Shown: positions 21,069 to 31,046, numbered from the stretch's first letter. The stretch is DNA of 64,000 nt from an uncultured Poribacteria bacterium (GCA_951813545.1 OX638352.1:4736835-4800834); one strand, 5' to 3'. Made by a program: numbers and translations. Notes: generated by a model not told the origin, from the letters alone.

Positions 21069-22256
21069 ATGGCAAGCCCACTTGACGGTATAAAGGTTTT
21101 GGACCTCACGCGTGTTCTCGCCGGTCCGTATACAACCATGCTCCTTGGCGATCTTGGGGCAGAGGTCATCAAGGTTGAGCAGCCCGGTACGGGGGACGAA
21201 TCTCGCAATTTTGGTCCCTTTAAAAACGGGTTCAGTCTCTATTTCATGAGTGTGAATCGCGGAAAACGGAGCGTGACGCTCGACCTTAAAACCGAACGTG
21301 GGCATGCAATCTTCAAGCAGTTGTTGGAGCACGCTGACATCCTCGTCGAGAATTTCCGTCCGGGAACGATGAAAAATTTTGGCTTGGATTACGAGACACT
21401 GAAAACGGAGCATCCATCGCTCATTTATGCAGCGTGTTCCGGCTTTGGACAGACCGGTCCCTATGCACAGCAAGGCGCGTACGACATGATTATCCAAGGC
21501 ATGGGGGGTATCATCAGCATTACCGGTGAACCGGAAGGACCCCCAGTGCGTGTCGGCACCTCTATCAGCGACATCACCGCTGCCCTCTTCACCACGATCG
21601 GCATCCTCTCCGCACTGCATCATCGCAACCAAACAGGGAAGGGACAGTTTGTCGATGTCGCTATGTTGGACAGTCTTGTTGCTGTCTTGGAGAACGCCGT
21701 TGTCCGATATTTCGCTACTGGTGAGGCACCCAAACCCCTTGGTGCAAGACATCCAGCGATTACACCCTTTGAAGCGTTTGCATCTGCGGATGGACACGTT
21801 ATTATTGCGCTTGGAAATGATACACTCTGGGCAAAGTTCTGTGAACATGTTGGTCGGCAGGAACTCATCTCAGATGAACGGTTCCAGACGAACGCAGACC
21901 GAACAGAAAATCATAGTGATTTGTTTCCTATCCTCTCGGAGATTATGTCGCAACGGACGACTGATGATTGGATTGATTCGCTTGGAAATATCGGTGTGCC
22001 GTGCGGTCCTATCAATACGATGGATAAGGTCGTCAGTCACCCACAGGTGCAAGCACGCGAGATGATTACACGCGTTGCACACCACATCACAGGTGAAGTA
22101 GAGGTGCCGGGGGTGCCGATTAAACTTTCAGAAACGCCTGGAAACGTGGACGCACCTGCACCGAGTCTCGGTGAACATACAACTGAGATTCTAACCGATG
22201 TGTTAAAAATGGATCCAGATGAAGTGGAAAAGTTAAGGCGAGACGGAGTTGTTTAA
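21069..22256 (+). CDS. CaiB/BaiF family III CoA-transferase
   Basis: LDLTRVLAGP, NRGKRS, ENFRPG, AYDMIIQG catalytic Asp. Confidence 0.95.
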   Translation: MASPLDGIKVLDLTRVLAGPYTTMLLGDLGAEVIKVEQPGTGDESRNFGPFKNGFSLYFMSVNRGKRSVTLDLKTERGHAIFKQLLEHADILVENFRPGTMKNFGLDYETLKTEHPSLIYAACSGFGQTGPYAQQGAYDMIIQGMGGIISITGEPEGPPVRVGTSISDITAALFTTIGILSALHHRNQTGKGQFVDVAMLDSLVAVLENAVVRYFATGEAPKPLGARHPAITPFEAFASADGHVIIALGNDTLWAKFCEHVGRQELISDERFQTNADRTENHSDLFPILSEIMSQRTTDDWIDSLGNIGVPCGPINTMDKVVSHPQVQAREMITRVAHHITGEVEVPGVPIKLSETPGNVDAPAPSLGEHTTEILTDVLKMDPDEVEKLRRDGVV

Positions 22257-22405
22257 TTATACCTTGCGGATAAGTATCGCTTGCTTGGGTATTGGTGTTC
22301 TACGTGTTCGAGTCGCCTGCGCCGTTTTTGCTGGCTTGGTTTAAGTTCATTCTTTACAAGAAACCTGCGTGTAATGGAGCGCAGTCCAGGTGCCCATAAA
22401 TTAAA
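22252..22405. mobile_element. MITE-like element with TTAATT ends, related to the 120-bp array unit
   Basis: Starts TTAATTATACCTTGCGG, one mismatch from the reverse complement of the array-unit end; ends ATAAATTAA. Confidence 0.55.
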
Positions 22406-22423
22406 AACCTGAAAGGAGTTCGC

Positions 22424-24691
22424 ATGTCAGATAAAACCGCAGAAACGTTACATGGAACAACCGCTTTGACGTTAGAAGGCGATCTTGCTGCACAGATGGT
22501 TGAGGTTCTTGACGGTTATGTTACCGACGCGGTGGCGAATTCCGTCGAGAAACGGGAAACGTTGTGGCATCGCGATTATAGTTCTCATGAGGCGTATACT
22601 GAGTCTGTAGAATCGAACCGCGCACGGCTTAGGAAACAGATCGGGTGCTTCGATCCGCGTCTGCCAATTGAGGAACTCGCTTACGTCGCTACTACAAAAG
22701 CCGCCGTGCAGATCACAGAGGATGAGAATTACACCGTATCTCGCGTTCGTTGGCAGGTTTTCGATGAGGTGGAAGGTGAGGGGCTTTTATTGGAGCCGAT
22801 GCACAACGTGCCGGTTATTGCCCAAGTCGTTGCCCTACCCGATGCTGATTGGACACCGGAAATGGTAGCAGGGATAACAGATGCGTTGCCACCGAGTGCT
22901 CAGTTTGCAAGGCGTTTGGCAAGAGCAGGGTGTCGCGTCGTTGTTCCACTCCTCATTAACCGTGACGATACCTATTCGGGCAATTCAACCATCGGTGCAA
23001 TGACGAACCAACCACATCGTGAATTCATCTATCGGATGGCGTATCAGCTCGGTAGGCATATCATCGGGTATGAGGTGCAAAAGGTGTTGTCGTTGGTGGA
23101 CTGGATGGCTTCCGCTGAAGCACCAATCGGTGTTATCGGCTACGGTGAAGGTGGGTTGATTGCCCTTCATAGTGCAGCGGTTGATACACGGATTCAAGCC
23201 GCGGCTGTCAGTGGATATTTCCAATCGCGGCAAGAGGTATGGCGAGAACCGATCTACCGGAACGTTTGGGGGCTGCTACACGAATTTGGCGATGCTGAAG
23301 TTGCGAGCCTCATTGCTCCACGTTTATTGATTATTGAAGCAAGTCGTGGACCTGAAGTTGCCGGTCCGCCAGCGGTTCGTGATGGACGTGGCGGTGCTGC
23401 ACCGGGACAACTCGTGTCCCCACCCGTCGATTCTGTTGAGACGGAATTCGACCGTGCACACGATTACTATCATCAGCTCGGCAATGAAGATGCTTTGCAC
23501 CTTGTCTCTCCGGCAGATGGATTGCCGGGTTCCGAAGAAACATTAGCAACTCTTCTTACCGGACTCGGTGTTGAAGATGCGCGCGTTGATGGATATCGTC
23601 CTCTTTCATCACGTAGCATTGACGATTTTGATTACGAGGCGAGGCAGAAACGGCAGTTTACGCAATTGGTGAATCAGACGCAACGTTTCTTGCGGGAAGC
23701 AGCATCGCGGCGGCAAGAATTTTTCTGGAACAAGACCGATACCTCTTCGCTTACAAAGTGGGAAGAAACATGTACAGATGCCAAAGCCTATTTCTGGGAC
23801 GAAGTTATCGGTAGATGTCCGGCACCCGATGTGCCTGCTAATCCGAGGACAAGGCTCATCTATGACGAACCTCGATGGAAAGGCTATGAGGTCGTCCTTG
23901 ATGTGTGGGACGGTGTTTTCGCTTATGGTATCTTGCTGCTCCCAAATGATCTCCAACCGGGCGAACAGCGTCCTGTTGTCGTCTGTCAGCACGGTTTAGA
24001 AGGGAGACCACAGGATACTGCGGATCCGAAAATAGAATCGGTTTATCACTCTTACGCCGCAAGTTTGGCGGACAGAGGGTTTATCACCTATGCACCACAG
24101 AATCCGTATATCGGTGTTGATGCCTTCCGCGTCATTCAACGCAAAGCAAATCCGATAAAGTGGTCGCTCTTTTCGTTGATTATTCGTCAGCATGAACGGA
24201 CGCTCGACTGGCTCGCGGAGCAACCTTTCGTCGATGCGGATCGAATCGGTTTTTATGGGTTATCTTATGGCGGTAAAACGGCAATGCGCGTCCCGGCGGT
24301 GCTTGAAAGATACGCCTGCTCAATTTGTTCCGCCGATTTCAACGAATGGATCGTCAAAAATGCGACGTTTGACTCTCGCTACAGCTATATGTTCACCGGT
24401 GAGTATGAGATGCCGGAGTTCGATTTGGGGAATACATTCAACTACGGCGAGATGGCGGGATTGATTGCGCCGCGTCCGTTCATGGTGGAACGTGGGCATG
24501 ACGACGGTGTTGCGCCCGATGAATGGGTTGCGCATGAATTCGCTGTCGTCCGGCGGCTTTACGTTCGACTGGGGATCGCTGATAGAACGGAGATCGAGTT
24601 CTTTGATGGAGGGCACCAGATTAATTCTGCGGAGACGTTCCGGTTCCTGCATCGGCATCTCAATTGGCCCGAACCTTCTTCTTCTGTCTGA
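22424..24691 (+). CDS. Two-domain alpha/beta hydrolase (dienelactone hydrolase/Abhydrolase_7-like)
   Basis: Duplicated hydrolase fold; GYGEGG in domain 1, GLSYGG nucleophile elbow in domain 2, C-terminal GGH. Confidence 0.8.
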   Translation: MSDKTAETLHGTTALTLEGDLAAQMVEVLDGYVTDAVANSVEKRETLWHRDYSSHEAYTESVESNRARLRKQIGCFDPRLPIEELAYVATTKAAVQITEDENYTVSRVRWQVFDEVEGEGLLLEPMHNVPVIAQVVALPDADWTPEMVAGITDALPPSAQFARRLARAGCRVVVPLLINRDDTYSGNSTIGAMTNQPHREFIYRMAYQLGRHIIGYEVQKVLSLVDWMASAEAPIGVIGYGEGGLIALHSAAVDTRIQAAAVSGYFQSRQEVWREPIYRNVWGLLHEFGDAEVASLIAPRLLIIEASRGPEVAGPPAVRDGRGGAAPGQLVSPPVDSVETEFDRAHDYYHQLGNEDALHLVSPADGLPGSEETLATLLTGLGVEDARVDGYRPLSSRSIDDFDYEARQKRQFTQLVNQTQRFLREAASRRQEFFWNKTDTSSLTKWEETCTDAKAYFWDEVIGRCPAPDVPANPRTRLIYDEPRWKGYEVVLDVWDGVFAYGILLLPNDLQPGEQRPVVVCQHGLEGRPQDTADPKIESVYHSYAASLADRGFITYAPQNPYIGVDAFRVIQRKANPIKWSLFSLIIRQHERTLDWLAEQPFVDADRIGFYGLSYGGKTAMRVPAVLERYACSICSADFNEWIVKNATFDSRYSYMFTGEYEMPEFDLGNTFNYGEMAGLIAPRPFMVERGHDDGVAPDEWVAHEFAVVRRLYVRLGIADRTEIEFFDGGHQINSAETFRFLHRHLNWPEPSSSV

Positions 24692-24800
24692 ACCAGGATT
24701 TACAAGATTCACAGATTTTCAGGATTACGTTGGTGTCCCGTTTTTTACTAAGAAGGCGGAAACGGATACCTACTGACTACTGATAACTGACTGCTGATAC
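24685..24800. repeat. GATT-periodic repeat (24685-24728) and heptameric ACTGA(N)2 tandem repeat (24771-24800)
   Basis: tgtctgaaccaggatttacaagattcacagattttcaggatt; actgact-actgata-actgact-gctgata. Confidence 0.6.
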
Positions 24801-24813
24801 CTATTAAAAAAAT

Positions 24814-25866
24814 ATGCTTTATTCTATCATTGTCAGCGCGGGGTTAGAGACCATCGCGCGCGAGGAGTTATCAGAACGCTTTGCGGACACAGGACATCTG
24901 AAGATCCTGGAACGTAAACCGCAACGAATCCTCTTTCAGTATACGGGTAACCCGCGTGAATTGTTATCACTACGAACAGCCGAGCATCTCTTTCTCGTTC
25001 TAAAGCGGATGCCGAAGATGACCCGTTCACGCAGCTCGTTGGCGGCGTTGAGTGGTTCGCTCTCACGCATGGGTTTCAAAGAGGTGTTTGCGTGCTGTCG
25101 GCAGGCGGGCATTAGCGTGCGGAGACGGGTGCCGTTTCGGGTGACAAGTCGGCTGTCCGGAAAACGTAACTTCCGACGATTGGACCTGCAACGCGTAATT
25201 GAGCGTGCTTTATCGGAACGGGGATGGTATTTGGCATCGTCTAACGCTGCACTGGATGTTTGGGCAGAGGTGCATGGCGACGATGGTTATATCAGCCTCA
25301 AACTTTCCGCAAACGATATGGCGCAGCGTCCGTATAAACAAGCACATATCCCTGCATCGCTCAAACCGACGTTGGCTTATAGCATGGTGCGTCTCTCGCG
25401 ACCCCATCCAGACGATGTCTTTTTAGATGCGATGTGTGGTGCTGGTACGATCCTCTTGGAACGTGCGTTTATTGGTCGCTACCGTTACCTCATCGGTGGT
25501 GATGTCTCCACTGAAGCGTTAGATGCGACCGTGACGAATTTCGGTAGGAAACATCAACCGCGCCAATTTTTTCATTGGGATGCGCGAACTTTGCCGTTAC
25601 GATCAAACACTGTTGATAAGATCGTCTGTAATCTTCCGTTCGGTGAGACAATAGGGAATGTCCCTCAACTTACGAATCTATATCGGCACTGCCTCAAAGA
25701 GTATGCGCGCGTCCTCAATCCGAGGGGGAGGATGGTGCTGCTCACTTCACAAGACACGCTTTTCAATAGCGAACTGAAACAGCGACGTTCTCTTAGGACA
25801 ACACAACAACTGACAGTGGATGTGCGTGGGATGCGGGCAAAGATGTATGTTGTTCGTTTCGCGTAG
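24814..25866 (+). CDS. THUMP-domain SAM-dependent RNA methyltransferase (UPF0020/Trm14/RlmL-like)
   Basis: ASLKPTLA, LDAMCGAGTI, NLPFG motifs. Confidence 0.85.
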   Translation: MLYSIIVSAGLETIAREELSERFADTGHLKILERKPQRILFQYTGNPRELLSLRTAEHLFLVLKRMPKMTRSRSSLAALSGSLSRMGFKEVFACCRQAGISVRRRVPFRVTSRLSGKRNFRRLDLQRVIERALSERGWYLASSNAALDVWAEVHGDDGYISLKLSANDMAQRPYKQAHIPASLKPTLAYSMVRLSRPHPDDVFLDAMCGAGTILLERAFIGRYRYLIGGDVSTEALDATVTNFGRKHQPRQFFHWDARTLPLRSNTVDKIVCNLPFGETIGNVPQLTNLYRHCLKEYARVLNPRGRMVLLTSQDTLFNSELKQRRSLRTTQQLTVDVRGMRAKMYVVRFA

Positions 25867-25883
25867 CGCGTTTGCATAACACA

Positions 25884-26114
25884 TAGGTTGGGTTGAACGG
25901 GGTTGAGAAATACGGTGCTAAGTTCTCAAATGCACCTGAAATTCAATATCGCATCGTCTCTCATCAAGGACCTAGTGAAACTCAACTCCGTATTATCATA
26001 TCCCAGAGAAAGCATTGGGTTTCACTACATATCCTTGGAATGGTGAATGTATAGACCAAGTATCAGTTTTTTTGAACGGTTAGCACTCTAGTACTATCCG
26101 TTCAACCCAACCTA
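25884..26114. mobile_element. 231-bp long-hairpin REPIN/MITE-like element
   Basis: Perfect 17-bp TIR TAGGTTGGGTTGAACGG / CCGTTCAACCCAACCTA plus an internal inverted pair at 25973-25985 / 26015-26027. Confidence 0.8.
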
Positions 26115-26139
26115 CAATGACTTTCAATGAGAAATAATG

Positions 26140-26176
26140 AAAAAAGGCGGGGTTAGAAACCCCGCCAGTAAAAAAC
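26140..26176 (-). terminator. GC hairpin GGCGGGGTT-AGA-AACCCCGCC with T-run on the minus strand (REP-like; probable terminator)
   Basis: Lies downstream of the oxidoreductase pair; a similar hairpin is at 50005-50027. Confidence 0.55.
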
Positions 26177-26208
26177 ACATTATCACCCGTGTCGTTTTCT
26201 AACCGCTT

Positions 26209-27294
26209 CTAAATCTCAGGCACTCTCACCGCAATCTCTTTACCGGCTGCATGCGAACGGAAAATACCGTCCATAATCACGTTCGTGAGAAGCACACCCT
26301 CCGGCGGTATTGGGGACGGAGCATCCGCTTTAACCGCTTCACGGAACGCTGTCATCTGGGCTGCCCAGTTATCTTCTTGTGGGAATCCTGAGAACTGGAT
26401 CGTCGTCATCCCTTCCGGTGGGTTTGGTTCCGCTGTTAATCCCTCGGATTCGACAAACTTTTTGAGATCACCATCATACGCATCGGCATAGACAACCGGT
26501 CCATTCAATGAGAAACCCGCTTTCGTCCCAAGATGGAAGTTGCCACCGAGGGAGTCCTGATGCACTGCCCAAGAGATTTTGAACACCATCACACCACCAT
26601 TTTCAAACCGCACCCACGCCGCACCGAACTCCTCAACATCCATGATACCACGGAACCTCGGATCCTGCTGCGAGATGTAATCCTCAGTGATAGCGGAGAC
26701 ACGCACTGGTTTTGGATACCCCATCGCATACAGCGAAGCATGCATATTATAGACACCGATATCGACGGTTGCACCAGCACCTGCTGTCTTCTTATAGATG
26801 AACGTATGTCCTGGGTTCCCGCGCCGCCTGCACCCTGCAGATTCAGAGTAGTAGATATCGCCGAATAACCCGGCATCAAACGCCTTTCTTATGAATTGGA
26901 GTCTCGGGCTAAATGTCGGATTGAGACCGATTTGTAAGATTTTGCCCGATGCTTTCGCCGCTCGGGTCATCGCGGTCGCATCTGGAAGTGTCGCCGCCAT
27001 CGGTTTTTCACAGAGGACGTGTTTACCGGCGTTCAATGCTGCCACTGTCGGTCGCCGATGCCCCTGATTGTAAGTGCAGACACTCACTGCATCAAGTTCG
27101 TCCATTTCGAGCATCTTGTTGTAGCTTGAAAAAGCGTTCTGTTTCGGGACACCCCACTCTTTAGCGGCTTGATTTGCCTTACTTTTGATGATGTCACAGA
27201 CCGCAATGATCTCAAAACCGCCTACTTTCTCGTAGGTGCTCTGGTGCGCACGTGAAATGCCACCTGTACCAATAATACCAACCTTGACAGTCAT
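26209..27294 (-). CDS. Gfo/Idh/MocA oxidoreductase (paralog 2)
   Basis: GIIGTGGI Rossmann motif, CEKP, DIGVY. Confidence 0.93.
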   Translation of the reverse strand: MTVKVGIIGTGGISRAHQSTYEKVGGFEIIAVCDIIKSKANQAAKEWGVPKQNAFSSYNKMLEMDELDAVSVCTYNQGHRRPTVAALNAGKHVLCEKPMAATLPDATAMTRAAKASGKILQIGLNPTFSPRLQFIRKAFDAGLFGDIYYSESAGCRRRGNPGHTFIYKKTAGAGATVDIGVYNMHASLYAMGYPKPVRVSAITEDYISQQDPRFRGIMDVEEFGAAWVRFENGGVMVFKISWAVHQDSLGGNFHLGTKAGFSLNGPVVYADAYDGDLKKFVESEGLTAEPNPPEGMTTIQFSGFPQEDNWAAQMTAFREAVKADAPSPIPPEGVLLTNVIMDGIFRSHAAGKEIAVRVPEI

Positions 27295-27342
27295 AGTGTT
27301 CTCTCCTTATAACAAATCTTGTATAGAAACAGACGCGATTCG

Positions 27343-28428
27343 CTAAATTTCCGGCACTCTCACCGCAACCTCTTTTCCAGTCTCATGCGAACGGAATATG
27401 CCTTCCATAATTACATTTGTGAGAAGTACACCTTCGGGAGGTATCGGCGATGGTGCATCTGCCTTAACGGCTTCACGGAACGCGGTCATCTGTGCTTCCC
27501 AGACATTGACCGCTGGGAATCCTGAGAACCGGATCGTCGTCATTCCATCCGGCGGGTTCGGCTCTGCTGTCAATCCTTCCGATTTAACCAGTTTCTTGAG
27601 GTCATCCGTATAGGCATCGGCATAGACGACTGGTCCATCCAAGGAGATACCCATTTCTTTACCGAGACAGAAACTGGGACCGAGCGAATCCTGATGAATC
27701 GCCCAAGAGATTTTGAACACCATCACGCCACCGTCTTCAAACCGCACCCACGCGACACCGAACTCTTCAACATCCATAATCCCTCGAAATTGTGGATCTT
27801 GCTGCGAGATGTAGTCTTCAGTAATAGCAGAGACACGCACGGGTTTTGGATACCCCATCGCATACAGCGAGTTGTGCATATTGTAGACACCGATGTCTAC
27901 AATCGCACCAGCGCCCGCCGTCTTTTTGTAGATGAACGTGCGTCCCGGATTTCCACGCCGTCTGCCACCTGAAGACTCGGAGTAGTAGATGTCGCCGAGC
28001 AGTCCTTCATCGATTACCTTCTTCGCAAATTGGAGTCCCGGATTAAACGTGCTGTGGATACCGATCTGCAGGATTTTGCCCGACGCTTTTGCTGCCCGGA
28101 CCATCGCGGTCGCATCTGGGAGCGTCGCTGCCATCGGTTTCTCACAGAAGACATGTTTGCCAGCATTCAACGCTGCCACTGTCGGTCGCCGGTGTCCTTG
28201 GTTGTAAGTACAAACACTCACCGTGTCGATTTCGTCCATCTCAAGCATCTTGTTGTAACTGGTGAAGACGTGCTTTCTCGGTACACCCCACTGATCGGCG
28301 GCTTCGTTTGCCTTGCTTTTGATGATGTCGCAGACTGCAACGATCTCGAAACCGCCTACTGCCGTGTAAGATCGCTGGTGCGCCCGTGAGATACCGCCTG
28401 TACCCACAATACCGACTCGAATCGTCAT
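27343..28428 (-). CDS. Gfo/Idh/MocA oxidoreductase (paralog 1)
   Basis: Same motifs and the same 361-aa length as its neighbour. Confidence 0.93.
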   Translation of the reverse strand: MTIRVGIVGTGGISRAHQRSYTAVGGFEIVAVCDIIKSKANEAADQWGVPRKHVFTSYNKMLEMDEIDTVSVCTYNQGHRRPTVAALNAGKHVFCEKPMAATLPDATAMVRAAKASGKILQIGIHSTFNPGLQFAKKVIDEGLLGDIYYSESSGGRRRGNPGRTFIYKKTAGAGAIVDIGVYNMHNSLYAMGYPKPVRVSAITEDYISQQDPQFRGIMDVEEFGVAWVRFEDGGVMVFKISWAIHQDSLGPSFCLGKEMGISLDGPVVYADAYTDDLKKLVKSEGLTAEPNPPDGMTTIRFSGFPAVNVWEAQMTAFREAVKADAPSPIPPEGVLLTNVIMEGIFRSHETGKEVAVRVPEI

Positions 28429-28556
28429 GTTACTATCTCCTCATGTGTAGAATAGAATTGCTATACGAGTTTAGACGAAATCGGTTTGTAATGCAAGGGG
28501 AAAATGTGATATACTTCAAGGTACATATTCTATATGCTGACAGAAAGGAGAACATC

Positions 28557-29276
28557 GTGAGTATTGATACAGATAAAAGACGACTTTCACAAGTACAGAC
28601 CCCACAAAATATGCGCGGCAATCTGAGCCCGGAACATATATTTAATCAGCTTTATGATGATTTACAAAACGCGAGTCAAGCACAACTGGGTTGGCAGTGG
28701 TTGTTACCATTGCGTTCTGCTGACGTACATCATTTACAATCCTTGGGAATCCCTGCTACTAACGCACAGCAAGATTTTGATGGTTTGGTGCTAAGCCTTG
28801 CCAAGATACTCATTGATTCTCTGAATGAAGAGTCACTGAAAAAGTTGATTCCTTGTGAGAAATGGGAAGCATTTAAAGATAAAAGAGGCATTGCCCTGCT
28901 TGAAGCTGCCTTATCTTTGAATGAACTTAAAGGTGCTGATGTTCACGTTGCCTTTCTACGGAAACTCCAGAGTTTTCGCGCAAGTGGGAGTGTTCATCAG
29001 AAAGAACACAACTATTTAAAAGTCGCTAAGTATTTTGACTTTGGAAGCCAGAGTCCACGGAATGTTTTTGCCAATATACTAAACAGTGCCTCAGATACAC
29101 TGGATTACTTCATTGCTCTTGTAAATAGTGGACGCATACGTGACATTTTTGAAAAGAACCAAATAGCGATCGGATATGCTGGTTTTAGCGATATGATTGG
29201 TATTGCAGATTTTGGCACATCTGATGCCTCTGTCAACCACGACGAAGCCATCTACGAATTACAATCGAAATCATGA
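28557..29276 (+). CDS. Hypothetical protein: HEPN-like helical domain with a C-terminal VapB-like antitoxin motif
   Basis: AAGGAG RBS before GTG 28557; RASGSVH (Rx5H); C-terminal IGIADFGTSDASVNHDEAIY; ATGA overlap with the PIN gene. Confidence 0.55.
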   Translation: MSIDTDKRRLSQVQTPQNMRGNLSPEHIFNQLYDDLQNASQAQLGWQWLLPLRSADVHHLQSLGIPATNAQQDFDGLVLSLAKILIDSLNEESLKKLIPCEKWEAFKDKRGIALLEAALSLNELKGADVHVAFLRKLQSFRASGSVHQKEHNYLKVAKYFDFGSQSPRNVFANILNSASDTLDYFIALVNSGRIRDIFEKNQIAIGYAGFSDMIGIADFGTSDASVNHDEAIYELQSKS

Positions 29277-29683
29277 TTTTTGTTGATACTGGTGGTTGGA
29301 TCGCTATTTTAAATAGGAGAGATCAACACCATCAAGAAGCTGTGGCGATATTCAACAAACTGCAACAGCAGCACATGCGTCTCCTAACTACAGATTATGT
29401 AATTGATGAAACCGTTACTCGTCTCAGATACGACACTAACCACTCACTGGCAGTCATGTTCTTAAACCGTATCGAACTACTTGTGGAAACAGGTGTTTTA
29501 ATCATTGCAGAAATTGATAAGGACATGTTTGAGAAAGCAATAGCACTTTTTCGTCAGTATGACTCGGCACGGTTATCTTTTACGGATTGCACAAGTTTTG
29601 TAGTGTGTCACGAGAATAACATCCGCGAGGCTTTTGCATTTGATCAGCATTTCCCAATAATGGGAATTAACTTGCGCCGATAA
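29273..29683 (+). CDS. vapC: PIN-domain VapC toxin
   Basis: IFVDTGGW, VIDETVT, SFTDCTSF, AFAFDQHF acidic tetrad. Confidence 0.92.
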   Translation: MIFVDTGGWIAILNRRDQHHQEAVAIFNKLQQQHMRLLTTDYVIDETVTRLRYDTNHSLAVMFLNRIELLVETGVLIIAEIDKDMFEKAIALFRQYDSARLSFTDCTSFVVCHENNIREAFAFDQHFPIMGINLRR

Positions 29684-29817
29684 TCTGCCTCGCTTCCCAT
29701 TATCACTTCACCAGTTATTCTATTTTCTTTTAAATTAAACCTAAATTTTGGATAATTTTGGCGATATTTATGTGGTCTTCTCATGCATATCTTGTGAACC
29801 ATTGGAATCATGCCAGA

Positions 29818-30771
29818 CTATCGCCTCAAAATTTCCTCACGATGCCATGCCAAAGCATCTTGAGCAGGATAGAATTCGTCGTGCTCCGGCAGTAGTATCG
29901 GCTTATCGCGCAAGGTCGTTAGCGTCCACTCTGTAGGTCCACGCTCCAACATAAGTTCTGAAACAATAACCTTGTAGTTTCTATCGACGGAAATTAAGCC
30001 TCTATCAAAAGACCAGTGATGCAGTTGACAAAGGGAAATCCCATTCCGCACATCGTTATTTCCTGAAACCTTGAACGGAATGATATGGGCAGCTTCAGTT
30101 ATACTTTCGCCGTCCAGTGTTAGAACATACAATTGACAAACTGCACAGGTATAGTTGTAGATTCTCATGATTGCTCGGCGGAAACCAGCAGTCCGAATTG
30201 GCTTTTCTGTTTTGATTTGTGCCAACGGTTGTAAGGATGAAAATGTGTGTTTAACTTGCCGTAGTAGTGAACGTCTGTACTTATCAATCTGTTGTTTTTC
30301 AGTTATTAGGCTTTCAATTACTTGCTTAAAATCTGCGAAATAGGTATTGACAAGGGTTTGACGGATTACCTCTCTATCATGAGTATCAGTAAGTAAAAGA
30401 AATAATTCATCATCAAAACTCGCGTACGCAATCACCTCACGAATACGAGAAGCCGTTTTAAGTTGAGATGCAACGCCTAATGCTGTTTCATATCCAGGGT
30501 TTGGGTGGAGATGCCAGAATCCTTCGCTCTTTAAATGGAAAAATGGCATGGCAATATTAGGTTTCCTATCCGTTAGCTTAGACCAATATTTCAGAAAAGC
30601 CTCCGCCAACTCCGGGGAAAGGACTATTTTATTTTCGGGAATCTGTCCTTGTTCAATGCGTTCAATAACTGCTAACAGCAGGAGAGGTTTATTAGGTGCT
30701 GCGCCACGTGCTCTATCTATTCGCAATTTCTCCATCTTTCGGATATATTTTTGGAGGATGTTGGTAGACAT
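29818..30771 (-). CDS. HNH restriction endonuclease with an N-terminal SBD-like domain (COG3440, type IV-like)
   Basis: APNKPLLLL and PFFHL N-terminal motifs; CAVC..EAAHII..NGISLCQLHHWSFD HNH. Confidence 0.85.
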   Translation of the reverse strand: MSTNILQKYIRKMEKLRIDRARGAAPNKPLLLLAVIERIEQGQIPENKIVLSPELAEAFLKYWSKLTDRKPNIAMPFFHLKSEGFWHLHPNPGYETALGVASQLKTASRIREVIAYASFDDELFLLLTDTHDREVIRQTLVNTYFADFKQVIESLITEKQQIDKYRRSLLRQVKHTFSSLQPLAQIKTEKPIRTAGFRRAIMRIYNYTCAVCQLYVLTLDGESITEAAHIIPFKVSGNNDVRNGISLCQLHHWSFDRGLISVDRNYKVIVSELMLERGPTEWTLTTLRDKPILLPEHDEFYPAQDALAWHREEILRR

Positions 30772-30840
30772 TTTTTTTCGTGATACCCTCTGGTGTTTGG
30801 CAGAGAAATTTCGTAAAAATTAACTGTTCTCTAATACAGA

Positions 30841-30868
30841 ATTTTATCATATATCACGAAAAAGTCAA
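30841..30868 (-). promoter_or_regulatory. sigma70-type promoter TTGACT-16-TAAAAT (extended -10) of the HNH gene
   Basis: Reverse complement of 30841-30868. Confidence 0.55.
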
Positions 30869-30950
30869 TTTTTGTTTGAAGAAGTAAGATAGACGGTATT
30901 AACCGATGCCCACAGGCAAAACGAAGTTCTATAATCCAGTTAAGTTTTTC

Positions 30951-30979
30951 TTGACATTTCTGTTTAACCGTGTTATGCT
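30951..30979 (+). promoter_or_regulatory. sigma70-type promoter TTGACA-17-TATGCT
   Basis: Consensus -35, TG extension, upstream of 31047. Confidence 0.65.
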
Positions 30980-31046
30980 GAATCAGACGATGCAGGTTAG
31001 ATAACATTACAATCGATTTGAAATTGCAGGCGAGGAGGAAAGGAAA

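Noticed and set aside
20946-21848. Long antisense ORFs (also 45140-45928, 47857-48585, 6056-6709 and others)
   Set aside because: They are shadows of well-supported genes on the opposite strand or in another frame, with no motifs.
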